NCBI GenBank assembly: GCA_944336335.1
Contig: CALVLC010000001.1
Location: 1,508 to 65,507, forward strand
Direction: 5' to 3'
DNA: 64,000 nucleotides
From: an uncultured Bacilli bacterium
GTDB lineage: Bacteria > Bacillota_I > Bacilli_A > RFN20 > CAG-826
Shown piece after piece: positions 9,249-18,488 of the stretch (positions are counted from its first letter, which is position 1; each line of letters begins with the position of its first letter). The position numbers and the translations under genes are program-made. The notes beneath the pieces are model-generated. The model saw only the letters and a program-made list of their open reading frames with translations, had not been told where the DNA came from and made no database searches.

Positions 9249-10988
9249 TTATTGACATAATTTAAAAATTTTTTTGCGATCTTTTGTACATAAAATTAAT
9301 AATAAATCTTCAATACTAAAGCATTTGATGTCAAGGTTATATTCTTTAAGAGTACTTTTCATAGCATTGTTAACTCTTACATGCATAATGGGCGCGGAAT
9401 AAATTCCATGAACATGTTTGGCAGTGGTGTCAGCAAAAAGTCTTATATGATCTGGCACAGATGCCCCTTCACCTTTAAATTGGGCATCTTTAGATTTAAT
9501 TGTAGTTACTTCTAAAACAAAGTATTCTCCATCAATTTCAAATACGATATCTGGTATGCCCATCTTCCCTCCAGGTGCAGCTTTTGGAAGGTTATATTTA
9601 CCAATTGAGCCATTCCATATTACATCATCAATGACTCCATCATTTTTTAAAATTTCTAAAATCCTAAAGAAATTATATTCCAGATAGGCTCCTCTCATCA
9701 TTGCATTGTCAAAGTCTTCGCCTGTCATTGCTTTAATGACACTTAATTTTAAAGAAAAATTTTTTGGAAATCTTCCAGTGTTTATATGCTCTTTTGTGAG
9801 AGCAACAAGATCTAAAAGGCTTGGTTCTGAAACAGGCGTTTCTTTGACTTTTTTAATTCGATAATAGTCTCCTACTGAAGAAGGAGAAAAATCATAATAA
9901 CCAAGGCTGCGACCACTAATTAAACTGTATAATTCAATGTAATATTTTTTTCCAACAAATACTGGGATTGAAACGATGCCATCTTTATTTAGTACATCCA
10001 TAAAAATTACTTTAGATTCACATTTAACGATACAAAAAATATCAGTTCCACTTTTATTTTCAATATCAGCATCATAAGGTGTGGAGATGAGATTCGGATC
10101 TCCGAAATATTCAACCCATAAAAGTACATCATCTCTAAAGTTGTATGGCTTAACATCATCAAACTTTGGAAGGATCGTATCTTTAACATAACTTTTTTGT
10201 CCGTCCTTAATTTTTAATGCAATCAATTCATTCGATAGATTTCTAGGTGAAATATAATAGCGCTCAACCAAACCGCTTATCTCGCATAAAGAAATAAAAT
10301 ACCTAGCAGATGGTGCTTGTACCAATGTAATATTGCCAAAATGAGTATTTTTATACGCTTCAATAAGATTTACTCTATCGTTTTCGCTTAAGTTTCTAAA
10401 ATTTTGAATTTCAGTAACTTTGAGATCAAAATCACCTTCATCTTTTGTTTGAAAAAGAAAATAAGCAATTTCTTCAATATCAATATAATTGATTTCTAAT
10501 AGTAATTTAAGCAGAAATCTAAACGGAAAAATATAAATATTTTCGCAATCTTTCGAAACAATCGGATTAGTTAATTGCAATTTTAATAGTTGCTTTGTTG
10601 CGATATTCGAAGTAGATATTTGCAATTCAGGATGCAAATCTAATTTGCCAATATTAACAATAGACGATTTATGAAAGTCAACTAATTCATGACCTACTTT
10701 AGTGACTCTAATAACGTTTGTAGGACCAGTATTATCAATAAAAACAAAACCTAGATATTGGGGCAAAGAAGCCAATAACGTTCGTATAGCTTGCGAAGAA
10801 ATATTTTTCCCTGTTCTTGTTGCTCCTTTATTTTTCAAATTGACCCCTAAATTATTTTGTTTAGTTTCATTCCGAGATTGGCCATCATAATTTCTATCTA
10901 AAATCGCTTCAACAAAAACAATTGACTGATGAAGGTTAACCCTTTTTGGAATAAGCCATAATTCTTTCGAACGATTTTTGTGTGCCAT
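9249..10988 (-). CDS. type IIS restriction endonuclease, AlwI/MlyI/N.BstNBI-like
   Basis: 579 aa, the last gene of the M-M-R operon. The C-terminal nuclease-like motif GIPDIVFEIDGEYFVLEVTTIKSKDAQFK resembles the PD...EVTTxK...QFK region I recall from N.BstNBI/MlyI-family enzymes. The N-terminal GFVFID...IRVTKVGHEL resembles their YGFVFVD...LRITEAG segment. The size matches that family. Confidence 0.65.
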   Translation of the reverse strand: MAHKNRSKELWLIPKRVNLHQSIVFVEAILDRNYDGQSRNETKQNNLGVNLKNKGATRTGKNISSQAIRTLLASLPQYLGFVFIDNTGPTNVIRVTKVGHELVDFHKSSIVNIGKLDLHPELQISTSNIATKQLLKLQLTNPIVSKDCENIYIFPFRFLLKLLLEINYIDIEEIAYFLFQTKDEGDFDLKVTEIQNFRNLSENDRVNLIEAYKNTHFGNITLVQAPSARYFISLCEISGLVERYYISPRNLSNELIALKIKDGQKSYVKDTILPKFDDVKPYNFRDDVLLWVEYFGDPNLISTPYDADIENKSGTDIFCIVKCESKVIFMDVLNKDGIVSIPVFVGKKYYIELYSLISGRSLGYYDFSPSSVGDYYRIKKVKETPVSEPSLLDLVALTKEHINTGRFPKNFSLKLSVIKAMTGEDFDNAMMRGAYLEYNFFRILEILKNDGVIDDVIWNGSIGKYNLPKAAPGGKMGIPDIVFEIDGEYFVLEVTTIKSKDAQFKGEGASVPDHIRLFADTTAKHVHGIYSAPIMHVRVNNAMKSTLKEYNLDIKCFSIEDLLLILCTKDRKKIFKLCQ

Positions 10989-10990
10989 TT

Positions 10991-12256
10991 CTAGTCTCTC
11001 CTTAAAACAAGAACATTATCATATTTGATTAAGCCGCCATTATTGCTTCTAGGAATTCGAATATATGGATTTTTAATAATGTAACTAAACATGAATTCTC
11101 TAGAAAATCCTATTTTTGTAGCGATATCACATAAAATATTTGCACTTGGAATAGTAATATTTCTAATAGCGCTATCCCCAATTACTATTCCGTAAATTCC
11201 TTTTTTGTGTAAGTGATTGTAAACGTCCAACAAATTGCTTTTCATATCTGTGAAAAATTTCAAGACAACAACTGCTCTTTTCTTATCGATTTTTTCTAGT
11301 GTGTCTACTATTTTTTTTAAATTTTCCGACAACAAACAAATATCATATAAAGATTCAAAATAACTATCTTTAACAATTTCGGTTCCGATATAATCTTTTT
11401 TTAATTTCCTTATATCTTCTTCAGTTTCGAAACCAAGCCATAAATTTTCCAGTCTGAGCGTCCTACCATAATCAAAAGCATTAATATAAGGCGGAGAAGT
11501 GAAAGCTAAGTCACATTTGAAATTTGATAAACACCCTAAGGCATTACCTTTAGTAAATTTTGTTTTTCCAAAAACTTTCACTTTGGAAAGTTCACTTATT
11601 TTATAAAAATAACTATAATAAATATCCGTAAAAGCATCCAAAACATTTGAAGGTATTTTTTTAATACGATTAGAGACATAAGGTTTTGGCGAAATATCGT
11701 CACAAAAGGACACTTTTTTAATGATAGAGGCGACGCAAACTTGAAAAAAATCTCTAACATCAATATCTGAGATTCTATTTATAGCAAAAACCAGTCTGCC
11801 CAATTCATTAATGGTTTTATTCGAGAACCGATGACTTAAATTTTTCATGTTTGGAGTAAAAGCTTCTGCATGTTCATCGCTAATAACTGAAATTAAAAAT
11901 TCAAAAAAATTAGGTATAAGATCTATTTGTTCCTTGTTAAGTTTTTTTGTTTTAACCTTTGTTAACAATTTTGCAAAAGGATCGATCTCAGAGGCCCGCC
12001 CATCCACATTATTTAGATTAGCTTCAAGCAAGGTTGTCCCACTTCCGCAAAAAGGATCATAAACTACAGAATGTTTTTCTTTATTTATATATTTTTTAAT
12101 GGCCCATCCCGGTATCTCAGGAATAAATTTACAAGGATATTTAAAAAATGAATGTGTTAAATAGTTTGGATTGGATTGAACAATTTCAAAACTGTCTCCA
12201 TCTATTATTTCAAAAGGAAGCTTTTGAACACGGATTAATTCTATCTCTTTAGGCAT
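10991..12256 (-). CDS. DNA amino-methyltransferase (N4-C or N6-A), alpha-type motif order
   Basis: 421 aa with motif I VYDPFCGSGTT near residue 67 and motif IV TSPPYINAFDY near residue 253. It is a paralogue of the upstream MTase and lies 2 nt from the ENase gene. Confidence 0.8.
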   Translation of the reverse strand: MPKEIELIRVQKLPFEIIDGDSFEIVQSNPNYLTHSFFKYPCKFIPEIPGWAIKKYINKEKHSVVYDPFCGSGTTLLEANLNNVDGRASEIDPFAKLLTKVKTKKLNKEQIDLIPNFFEFLISVISDEHAEAFTPNMKNLSHRFSNKTINELGRLVFAINRISDIDVRDFFQVCVASIIKKVSFCDDISPKPYVSNRIKKIPSNVLDAFTDIYYSYFYKISELSKVKVFGKTKFTKGNALGCLSNFKCDLAFTSPPYINAFDYGRTLRLENLWLGFETEEDIRKLKKDYIGTEIVKDSYFESLYDICLLSENLKKIVDTLEKIDKKRAVVVLKFFTDMKSNLLDVYNHLHKKGIYGIVIGDSAIRNITIPSANILCDIATKIGFSREFMFSYIIKNPYIRIPRSNNGGLIKYDNVLVLRRD

Positions 12257-13521
12257 ACAACGCTTTCCCTAATAAATTTAGATAAATTTTTGGTTTTATT
12301 ATATTGCTGGGAGCTAGGGATAACAAAACGATCAACTGAAATTTTGTCAACTTTAAATCCAATCGACTGAGCATATTGAGCAAGAATTAAATCAGTCGGT
12401 ACTACAACTCCGCCATATGTTGAGTTGCCTACAACAATACAACAAAAACCTTTATCTTTAATAACATTAAATAAATTATCCAATACAGTAAACATATCAT
12501 CAAAATATCCACGTAGCATTCTTGGTATTCTTTTATCCCAAAGTGATTCGTCCATTTCATTGATAAATATATCAATCAATTTTGTCGAATGAGAATATTT
12601 GATTTCACAAGAATTAAGATTTGAGCGTAAAGCGATTTTGTGTAATTGTTTCAAATCTTCTTTATTTTTTATAAATCCTCCAAACCGAAGTTCAAGTTTG
12701 TAAATCTCAGTGTAATCAAAGCAATTTGCATAAGGTGGTGAAAAAATAGCGCCATCAACAGATTTACATGATAAGTATTTCATCATTTTTGTCGCTGAAT
12801 CATTTACAATTATATTATTGTAACTTTTATACTCAAGAGATTTTAATAGATCTTCTTGGATGTTTTTATATTTATTTAAAAGAAGATTATGCACATTAAT
12901 TTCTTTCTTTTTTTTTGACTTTCTTATTTTCAAGCCATTTCCAGCTTTTCTATAATTAGAAATTTCTTCTAGAATCGAAATCCACCCCAACAATAAATAT
13001 GATTTAGAAGGTTCGCTAAAATTGTCAATAAGATTTCTATATTTCATAAAACTACAGCGAATATCTTCATTGAAAATTTTATTTGCAAAACTTAAAGGCG
13101 GGAGAGGATATTCAGGAACTTTAGATAAATCTTTCTTGAAAATAGACTCATAGTTAGCGGTAAAAGACATAATATCTTCTTTTTTAATTTTATTAGTTTT
13201 TAGGTTAGCTAAAAAGACAGTAAAAGGATTGACTTCGAAACCGCAACCGGTTTTTCCAAATTTGTTTGCTCCAATGATCGTTGTTCCGCTTCCTAAAAAC
13301 GGATCAAGTATCACTCCCTCTGTGTTCTTTTGAGAGTATTCATTTAAAATGCTATCTATCAAACCAAGAGAAAAACCTTCTTTATATCTATACCATCTTT
13401 GTTTAGTAAGACTTAGATCATCGGAAAAATTAAGAGCTGAAGTATAAGTTGCACTACTTTTATTAGGGTAATTGACCCTAAATTTATTTTCAATTTCTAA
13501 ATAAAAACTTGCGTCTAACAT
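12241..13521 (-). CDS. DNA amino-methyltransferase (N4-C or N6-A), alpha-type motif order
   Basis: 426 aa with motif I ILDPFLGSGTT near residue 72 and motif IV FSPPYANCFDY near residue 260. It overlaps the next MTase by 16 nt. Confidence 0.8.
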   Translation of the reverse strand: MLDASFYLEIENKFRVNYPNKSSATYTSALNFSDDLSLTKQRWYRYKEGFSLGLIDSILNEYSQKNTEGVILDPFLGSGTTIIGANKFGKTGCGFEVNPFTVFLANLKTNKIKKEDIMSFTANYESIFKKDLSKVPEYPLPPLSFANKIFNEDIRCSFMKYRNLIDNFSEPSKSYLLLGWISILEEISNYRKAGNGLKIRKSKKKKEINVHNLLLNKYKNIQEDLLKSLEYKSYNNIIVNDSATKMMKYLSCKSVDGAIFSPPYANCFDYTEIYKLELRFGGFIKNKEDLKQLHKIALRSNLNSCEIKYSHSTKLIDIFINEMDESLWDKRIPRMLRGYFDDMFTVLDNLFNVIKDKGFCCIVVGNSTYGGVVVPTDLILAQYAQSIGFKVDKISVDRFVIPSSQQYNKTKNLSKFIRESVVCLKR

Positions 13522-13634
13522 AATTATGAAAAACTATCACTTACCGACAATCCTACTCCACAATAAACGTTACTTAAAACATAAAAAAATAAAAATGCTA
13601 CAACAAAAGGTGTATCACAATTAAACTTATTAAA

Positions 13635-13708
13635 TGGAGCACCATACGAGAATCGAACTCGCGTATTCAGCTTGGGAAGCTGACGTTCTACCATTGAACT
13701 AATGATGC
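13635..13708 (-). tRNA. tRNA-Gly (anticodon CCC)
   Basis: Cloverleaf drawn by hand: GCATCAT/ATGGTGC acceptor, GTTC/GAAC D-stem, TCAGC-TTCCCAA-GCTGA anticodon arm, GCGAG-TTCGATT-CTCGT T-arm, and an encoded CCA. Confidence 0.9.
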
Positions 13709-13753
13709 GTGAATAAATAATAGCACAAGAGCTATTATTTAAGAAGAAAGAAA

Positions 13754-14095
13754 CTAGAAATTTGAACCTGCAAAGCCCCAATTTGGAGTTTCAAAATAAC
13801 TTACATAAATTCTTGTTGAAGGAATATTTAAGGTTTTACTGATAAGATTTGTAAGTTCATAAGTTAATTTATCATAAGCATCGCTTGGTGCTTTACCATA
13901 AATCTTAACTTCAATCATTGCACATTTTTCATCGCTTCCTTTAAAATACATTTTCTTATCATCGCTTAATTGGACCATTAACCAATTTTCACTTTTTCCA
14001 GGGATAATCTTGATAAGTTCACCTAATTTTTCTTTAATTATTTTTTCATCATTTACAGTGATTTTTGCATTAGTTTTTACTTGAATAAAAGGCAT
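13754..14095 (-). CDS. MIF/tautomerase-superfamily protein
   Basis: 113 aa starting MPFIQVKTN, so Pro1 follows Met. The C-terminus is NWGFAGSNF, as in MIF-type tautomerases. Confidence 0.6.
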   Translation of the reverse strand: MPFIQVKTNAKITVNDEKIIKEKLGELIKIIPGKSENWLMVQLSDDKKMYFKGSDEKCAMIEVKIYGKAPSDAYDKLTYELTNLISKTLNIPSTRIYVSYFETPNWGFAGSNF

Positions 14096-14097
14096 AT

Positions 14098-14808
14098 TTA
14101 ATTAACTCCTCTCCTTTTTAAATCTTGTCTAGCATATTTAATGATAGAATTTTGCTTTACTTTTCTAACAATATTAAAAGCAATTACACAGAATAAAATA
14201 ATAAACATTACACAGAAAATAAGTAAACCACAATTTAAGAAAAATTCTTCTGGCAAAGCATTTATTATTGGATCGGTATTTGGGTTAAAAACCCAATTAT
14301 CTTTTCCTGGGAATAGTACTGCATGAAAGAAAGCGTAAGCACTATTGACATCAATTACAGCATAAACTCCTAAAGCTCCTAATAAAATAATAGGAACAAA
14401 AGAAGCAAAAAATAAGCTTGAAAATCCTCTTATTCGATAAACTTTAATAAAGTTAAACTTAATTAAAATAGAATAGACAAAGAAAATTATAAAACTAATT
14501 GGCAAAGCTAATAAATCAATTGTGAAAAGAATTCTACAATCTAGAAAATGATTCATACCACTTTCTGAATAATCAAATACTCCTTCACTAAATGGTTTAT
14601 AAAAAATTAACGAATCCATAAGTTCATTAAAAGACATTATCAATTCATCTTTTGTCTTTCCTGTAGCTCCAGTAATATCGAATAAATCGATATGTAAATA
14701 ATAAAAACCTCTCCATAAAAGTGGAATGGCAATTGAAAAAGAAACTACAAGAACAATAAAGCTAGCTGCGTAAATTAATGTATTAAAAAAACTGCCAATT
14801 TTTCTCAT
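14098..14808 (-). CDS. TIGR01906/DUF1461-like integral membrane protein (Lit-like)
   Basis: 236 aa with an N-terminal TM, an extracytoplasmic segment containing SESGMNHFLDCRILF, and then 3-4 TMs. This resembles the DUF1461 family from memory. Confidence 0.45.
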   Translation of the reverse strand: MRKIGSFFNTLIYAASFIVLVVSFSIAIPLLWRGFYYLHIDLFDITGATGKTKDELIMSFNELMDSLIFYKPFSEGVFDYSESGMNHFLDCRILFTIDLLALPISFIIFFVYSILIKFNFIKVYRIRGFSSLFFASFVPIILLGALGVYAVIDVNSAYAFFHAVLFPGKDNWVFNPNTDPIINALPEEFFLNCGLLIFCVMFIILFCVIAFNIVRKVKQNSIIKYARQDLKRRGVN

Positions 14809-14864
14809 ACATAAATGATAATAAGTTGACAGGTAAGTTTAAACTAAAAATTTAAATTCAATGC

Positions 14865-15761
14865 TTATTTTTCTAAAAAATGGATTGCTGTTGCAGCATC
14901 TCCTACTGCTGTTGCAATTTGTCGGACTTCTTTATCAATGCAATCTCCGATTGCAAAAAGTCCTTTAACGGAAGTTTCAAAATGTTTATCAACATTTATG
15001 AAACCACGTTCATTTAAGATTCCAAGATTTGATAAAAATCCAGTTTGAGGCATTTGCCCAATATAAACAAATATTCCATCTACATCAAGTTTTAATTCTT
15101 CTTTTGTGTTGGTGTCAAAAAGCACTACAGCTTTTAATCTTCGATCTTCACTAATAAGTTCTTTTACTTGTTTAAATTCGATGACTTCAACATTCTTTTT
15201 AGCTTTAAGTTCATCAATTTCTTTTGGAGTTCCTTTAAGTTCGTGACGAGTTATTACATAAACTTTACTTGCAATATTTGTAAGATACATAGCTTCAGTT
15301 AAAGCGCTATTTCCTCCACCTACAACTAAAACAGTTTTATCTTTATAAAAAGCACCATCGCAAGTTGCACAGAATGAAACACCTCTTCCAAGTAAGCTAT
15401 CTTCATTATCAAGATTTAATTTACGTGCTTTTGTTCCTAAAGCTAAAAGCACTTTTTTAGCTTCATAAGTTACATCATCTGTTGTAGTAATCTTAAAATG
15501 ATTATCTACTTTTTCAACTTTATGAATTTCTTCATAATTAACCTCAATTCCCAAGGCATCAAGTTCATTTAAAAAATTAATTGATAAATCTGCACCAACA
15601 ATTTTTCCAACTCCTGGGTAATTTTCAATTTCAAAAGCATTGACGACATTGCCACCAACACAGTTTTTTTCAAAAATTAATAAATCTAAATTACTTCTTT
15701 TAGCATAAATTGCAGCAGTTACTCCCCCTGGACCTGCACCAATAATAATCAAATCTTTCAT
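14865..15761 (-). CDS. trxB: thioredoxin-disulfide reductase
   Basis: GAGPGG FAD motif, redox-active CATCDG, and GGGNSA NADPH motif; 298 aa. Confidence 0.9.
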   Translation of the reverse strand: MKDLIIIGAGPGGVTAAIYAKRSNLDLLIFEKNCVGGNVVNAFEIENYPGVGKIVGADLSINFLNELDALGIEVNYEEIHKVEKVDNHFKITTTDDVTYEAKKVLLALGTKARKLNLDNEDSLLGRGVSFCATCDGAFYKDKTVLVVGGGNSALTEAMYLTNIASKVYVITRHELKGTPKEIDELKAKKNVEVIEFKQVKELISEDRRLKAVVLFDTNTKEELKLDVDGIFVYIGQMPQTGFLSNLGILNERGFINVDKHFETSVKGLFAIGDCIDKEVRQIATAVGDAATAIHFLEK

Positions 15762-15817
15762 ATTAAAAACCTCGTTTAAAGATTAAATTAAACTTATGAA
15801 AAAAGCAAAATAATTGC

Positions 15818-16330
15818 TTAATTAATTTTTTGACCTAAATGATTAACAATAAATTTTTCGATTTCAGAACAAGGAATATTAAGTCCAACAGAAAATTCGT
15901 TATAAATATTTGTTTTAATTTCTCTTAAAAAACTTTCATCAGTAAAAGATAAAAATTTGTTTTCTTTTTCAAGTTCTTTTTTCTTTTTTTCGAATGATTT
16001 AATCAATCTAAAAATTTCTATCGGATCGCCCGTATCATATAATTCTTTAAATTTTGTTTTTCTAATTTTTGGATTAGTAATCCAAATTTCTTTAATTTCA
16101 GGAAGTGCGTCTATGAGTTTGATAATTTCTTCCTTAGTTAATGCACTTCTAATAATTCCTTCTTTGTCAGCAGGAATATAGTATTTAATAGAATCATTCT
16201 TTTCGTTAAAATATGGAATCAAAACGTAATAAGTATTTTTCCCCAAACCAACATCAAAATTATCAAGTATATCAATAATTCTACAAACTTGACCTTTCTT
16301 GTTAACAACAATTTCTTCTTTTTTAAACAT
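15818..16330 (-). CDS. CarD/CdnL-family transcription factor-like protein
   Basis: 170 aa. The N-terminal beta-rich segment (VVNKKGQVCRIIDI...YYVLIPYF...YYIPADKEGIIRSALTKEEI) resembles the CarD_CdnL_TRCF domain. Confidence 0.55.
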   Translation of the reverse strand: MFKKEEIVVNKKGQVCRIIDILDNFDVGLGKNTYYVLIPYFNEKNDSIKYYIPADKEGIIRSALTKEEIIKLIDALPEIKEIWITNPKIRKTKFKELYDTGDPIEIFRLIKSFEKKKKELEKENKFLSFTDESFLREIKTNIYNEFSVGLNIPCSEIEKFIVNHLGQKIN

Positions 16331-16581
16331 TCATCACCTAACTTCCAAATAATTATAGCATTTTAAAAATCTTAAAACTAGCGAAGAAACGATAATAATC
16401 GTATTTTTTGAACACTGAAATTAGTCAATTACAAATTTTTAATTCAAAAAATTATCTTATTTACATTTTTAAAAACGACAAAACATAATTTTTTTCGAAA
16501 ATTTTTCATTTTTCCTCTTGCACTAATCTTTTTTCGTGTGTTATAGTATTTGAGCGCGTTTGAAACGTGCAAAAAAAATAA

Positions 16582-16659
16582 GCGGACCAGTGGTGTAGCG
16601 GTTAACATGCCACTCTGTCACAGTGGAGATCGCGAGTTCGATTCTCGTCTGGTCCGCCA
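16582..16659 (+). tRNA. tRNA-Asp (anticodon GUC)
   Basis: GCGGACC/GGTCCGC acceptor, CCACT-CTGTCAC-AGTGG anticodon arm, GCGAG-TTCGATT-CTCGT T-arm, and an encoded CCA. An upstream TTGCAC...TGtTATAGT promoter lies at about 16518-16548. Confidence 0.9.
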
Positions 16660-16678
16660 TTTATTTTATTAAATATTT

Positions 16679-16754
<76 letters not shown>

Positions 16755-16882
16755 CTCCGAATTAATCCGAACTATAGTACTTATCAGAATTTGATGGTAT
16801 TTACCGACAATATTCATGATTTCTTAGTTCGTAACAATTATAAAAGTTTGAAAGATTTACTAGAAAAGTAAATCTTTTTTTG
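16755..16882 (+). repeat. tRNA-abutting 127-bp module, copy A (includes a terminator at 16852-16882)
   Basis: Starts at the first base after the CCA of tRNA-Phe. By hand alignment it is about 90% identical to 56687-56813 (13 mismatches, no indels). It ends in the hairpin aagatttac-N7-gtaaatctt plus a T-run. Confidence 0.85.
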
Positions 16883-17119
16883 TTTTTTCTTGAAATAATT
16901 ACTTCGACGGTTCGATTTTTTTTATAGAGTTTTTTGACTTCACAACTTATTGCCTTATTCAAAAACTATAAAAAACATCTTTAAAAACGCAATTTAGTTA
17001 ATCGGGTTGAATTCCAGTGATTAGCGGATTTTCACGAGCTTTGTAAACTTTTCAACTTTCTTTTAAAACATTAAATTTTTGTTTTAACAAAAGCCAAAAA
17101 TTAATTTACAATTAAACGC

Positions 17120-18175
17120 ATGAAAAAAGTAATTGATTTTATCAGTAAAACTAGTAGCGGCATGGCAATGGGCTTGTTCGCTACGCTAATCATTGGCTCA
17201 ATATTTAAACAATTATTCAGTTTTGGAGATGGATGGCAAGTTGGAATTGATCTAGCGACTATTCTAATGAATTTAATCGGAGTAGGAATCGCTCTTGGTG
17301 TTGCTATTTCAATGAATAAGAATCTGACTATTCTTGAGATTGCTTCCGTTATGGCAATTGGTGCCATTGCTGCAAGTTTAAATTTAGCAAGTTATGATAA
17401 CCCAATTCCTACTGTATCAATAAATGGTGGTAGCAAAAATCCACTACTAATATATATTGCTGTCATTGGTAGCATATATTTAGCTAAATTAATTCTTAGG
17501 AAGAAAACTCCTATAGACATCTTACTTATTCCAATTGTTTATATTGTTATAGGTGCAATATTAAGTTTTGGATTTTTATATCCTTGTTATTACATCATAT
17601 TCGGTATTCAAAAATTAATTGAAGTTTCAATGCCGCTCATCCCTGAATTAATGTCGATTATTATCTCTGTTATTATGGGTATGGTACTCACAATGCCAAT
17701 TAGTAGCGTTGCTGTTTGTATTGCAATCGACATTGGAAGTTATCCCCTTGCAGCTGGCGCTGCCTTAATTGGTTGCACTGCCCAAATGATTGGATTTGCT
17801 GCAATGTCATTTAGAGCAAAAAATAGTATTGGTAAATCAATAGGTGTAGGAATAGGCACAAGCATGCTTTACTGGCCAAACATTATCAAAAAACCGATTA
17901 TTTGGCTCCCTACAATACTTGCAAGCTTTATCTTGGGTCCAATTGGTGTATGTTTATTAAATACTATGGGAACAAGTGCTGGTGCTGGAATGGGATCTTG
18001 CGGACTTGTTGGTCAAATATCTTCAATGGAAGTTATGGGATATACAAATTATGAAACTTATATTTCAATCTTTGTTATCCAAATTTTAGGAAGTATTGTA
18101 TTGACTCTTCTATTTGATTACATCTTAAAAGATGTATTAAAACTTTATACAAACGAAGATTTAAAATTAGCTTAA
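17120..18175 (+). CDS. PTS EIIC-domain membrane protein (PfoR-like)
   Basis: 351-aa polytopic protein. The N-terminus MKKVIDFISKTSSGMAMGLFATLIIGSIFKQL resembles PfoR/EIIC-like proteins from memory. There are no EIIA/EIIB partners nearby. Confidence 0.5.
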   Translation: MKKVIDFISKTSSGMAMGLFATLIIGSIFKQLFSFGDGWQVGIDLATILMNLIGVGIALGVAISMNKNLTILEIASVMAIGAIAASLNLASYDNPIPTVSINGGSKNPLLIYIAVIGSIYLAKLILRKKTPIDILLIPIVYIVIGAILSFGFLYPCYYIIFGIQKLIEVSMPLIPELMSIIISVIMGMVLTMPISSVAVCIAIDIGSYPLAAGAALIGCTAQMIGFAAMSFRAKNSIGKSIGVGIGTSMLYWPNIIKKPIIWLPTILASFILGPIGVCLLNTMGTSAGAGMGSCGLVGQISSMEVMGYTNYETYISIFVIQILGSIVLTLLFDYILKDVLKLYTNEDLKLA

Positions 18176-18415
18176 AGACTAAAAATTAATGCAAAAAAAC
18201 AAGCTTTGCTTTAGTACTAACTTTAGTCTTTTTACTAAAGAATTTTAGCAAAAACCTTGCAAAAACCACATATTTTATTTTGTTTATATATTTTTGATTT
18301 GAATCATTTCTTATAATCTTCAAGTCAAATACATCTTTTAAAACTTCTTTTGGGTGTATCAAAATATCTCCACTACCTCAAACTGACAACTCACCAAGTA
18401 AGTTTAATCATAATA

Positions 18416-18446
18416 AAAGCAGAGACGTGTGTAACATCTCTGCTTA
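18416..18446 (-). terminator. rho-independent terminator after nadE
   Basis: On the minus strand: gcagaga-11 nt-tctctgc followed by ttttatta. Confidence 0.65.
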
Positions 18447-18488
18447 GTACAATATTTTTAAATCACTAACCGAATCAAATTATAATTT

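Larger units (their letters stand above)
6220..13634. other. accessory genomic island between trkH and tRNA-Gly
   Basis: The content is non-housekeeping: small coupled operon, decayed ATPase pseudogene, tRNA-like relic and R-M operon. It abuts the 3' side of a tRNA gene. The boundaries are approximate. Confidence 0.5.

Noticed and set aside
13524-13781. 85-aa ORF from the ORF track
   Set aside because: It spans tRNA-Gly (13635-13708) and the MIF-gene terminator, so it is not a plausible protein gene.
17101-17367. 88-aa ORF antisense to the 5' end of the EIIC-like gene
   Set aside because: It is a shadow ORF. The plus-strand membrane protein has coherent TM periodicity and a sensible start.
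18176-18415. Possible gene remnant on the minus strand (..GSGDILIHPKEVLKDVFDLKIIRNDSNQKY..)
   Set aside because: The frame is open for only about 60 codons, has no ATG or RBS, and contains no recognisable motif. It cannot be distinguished from chance in this intergenic region.
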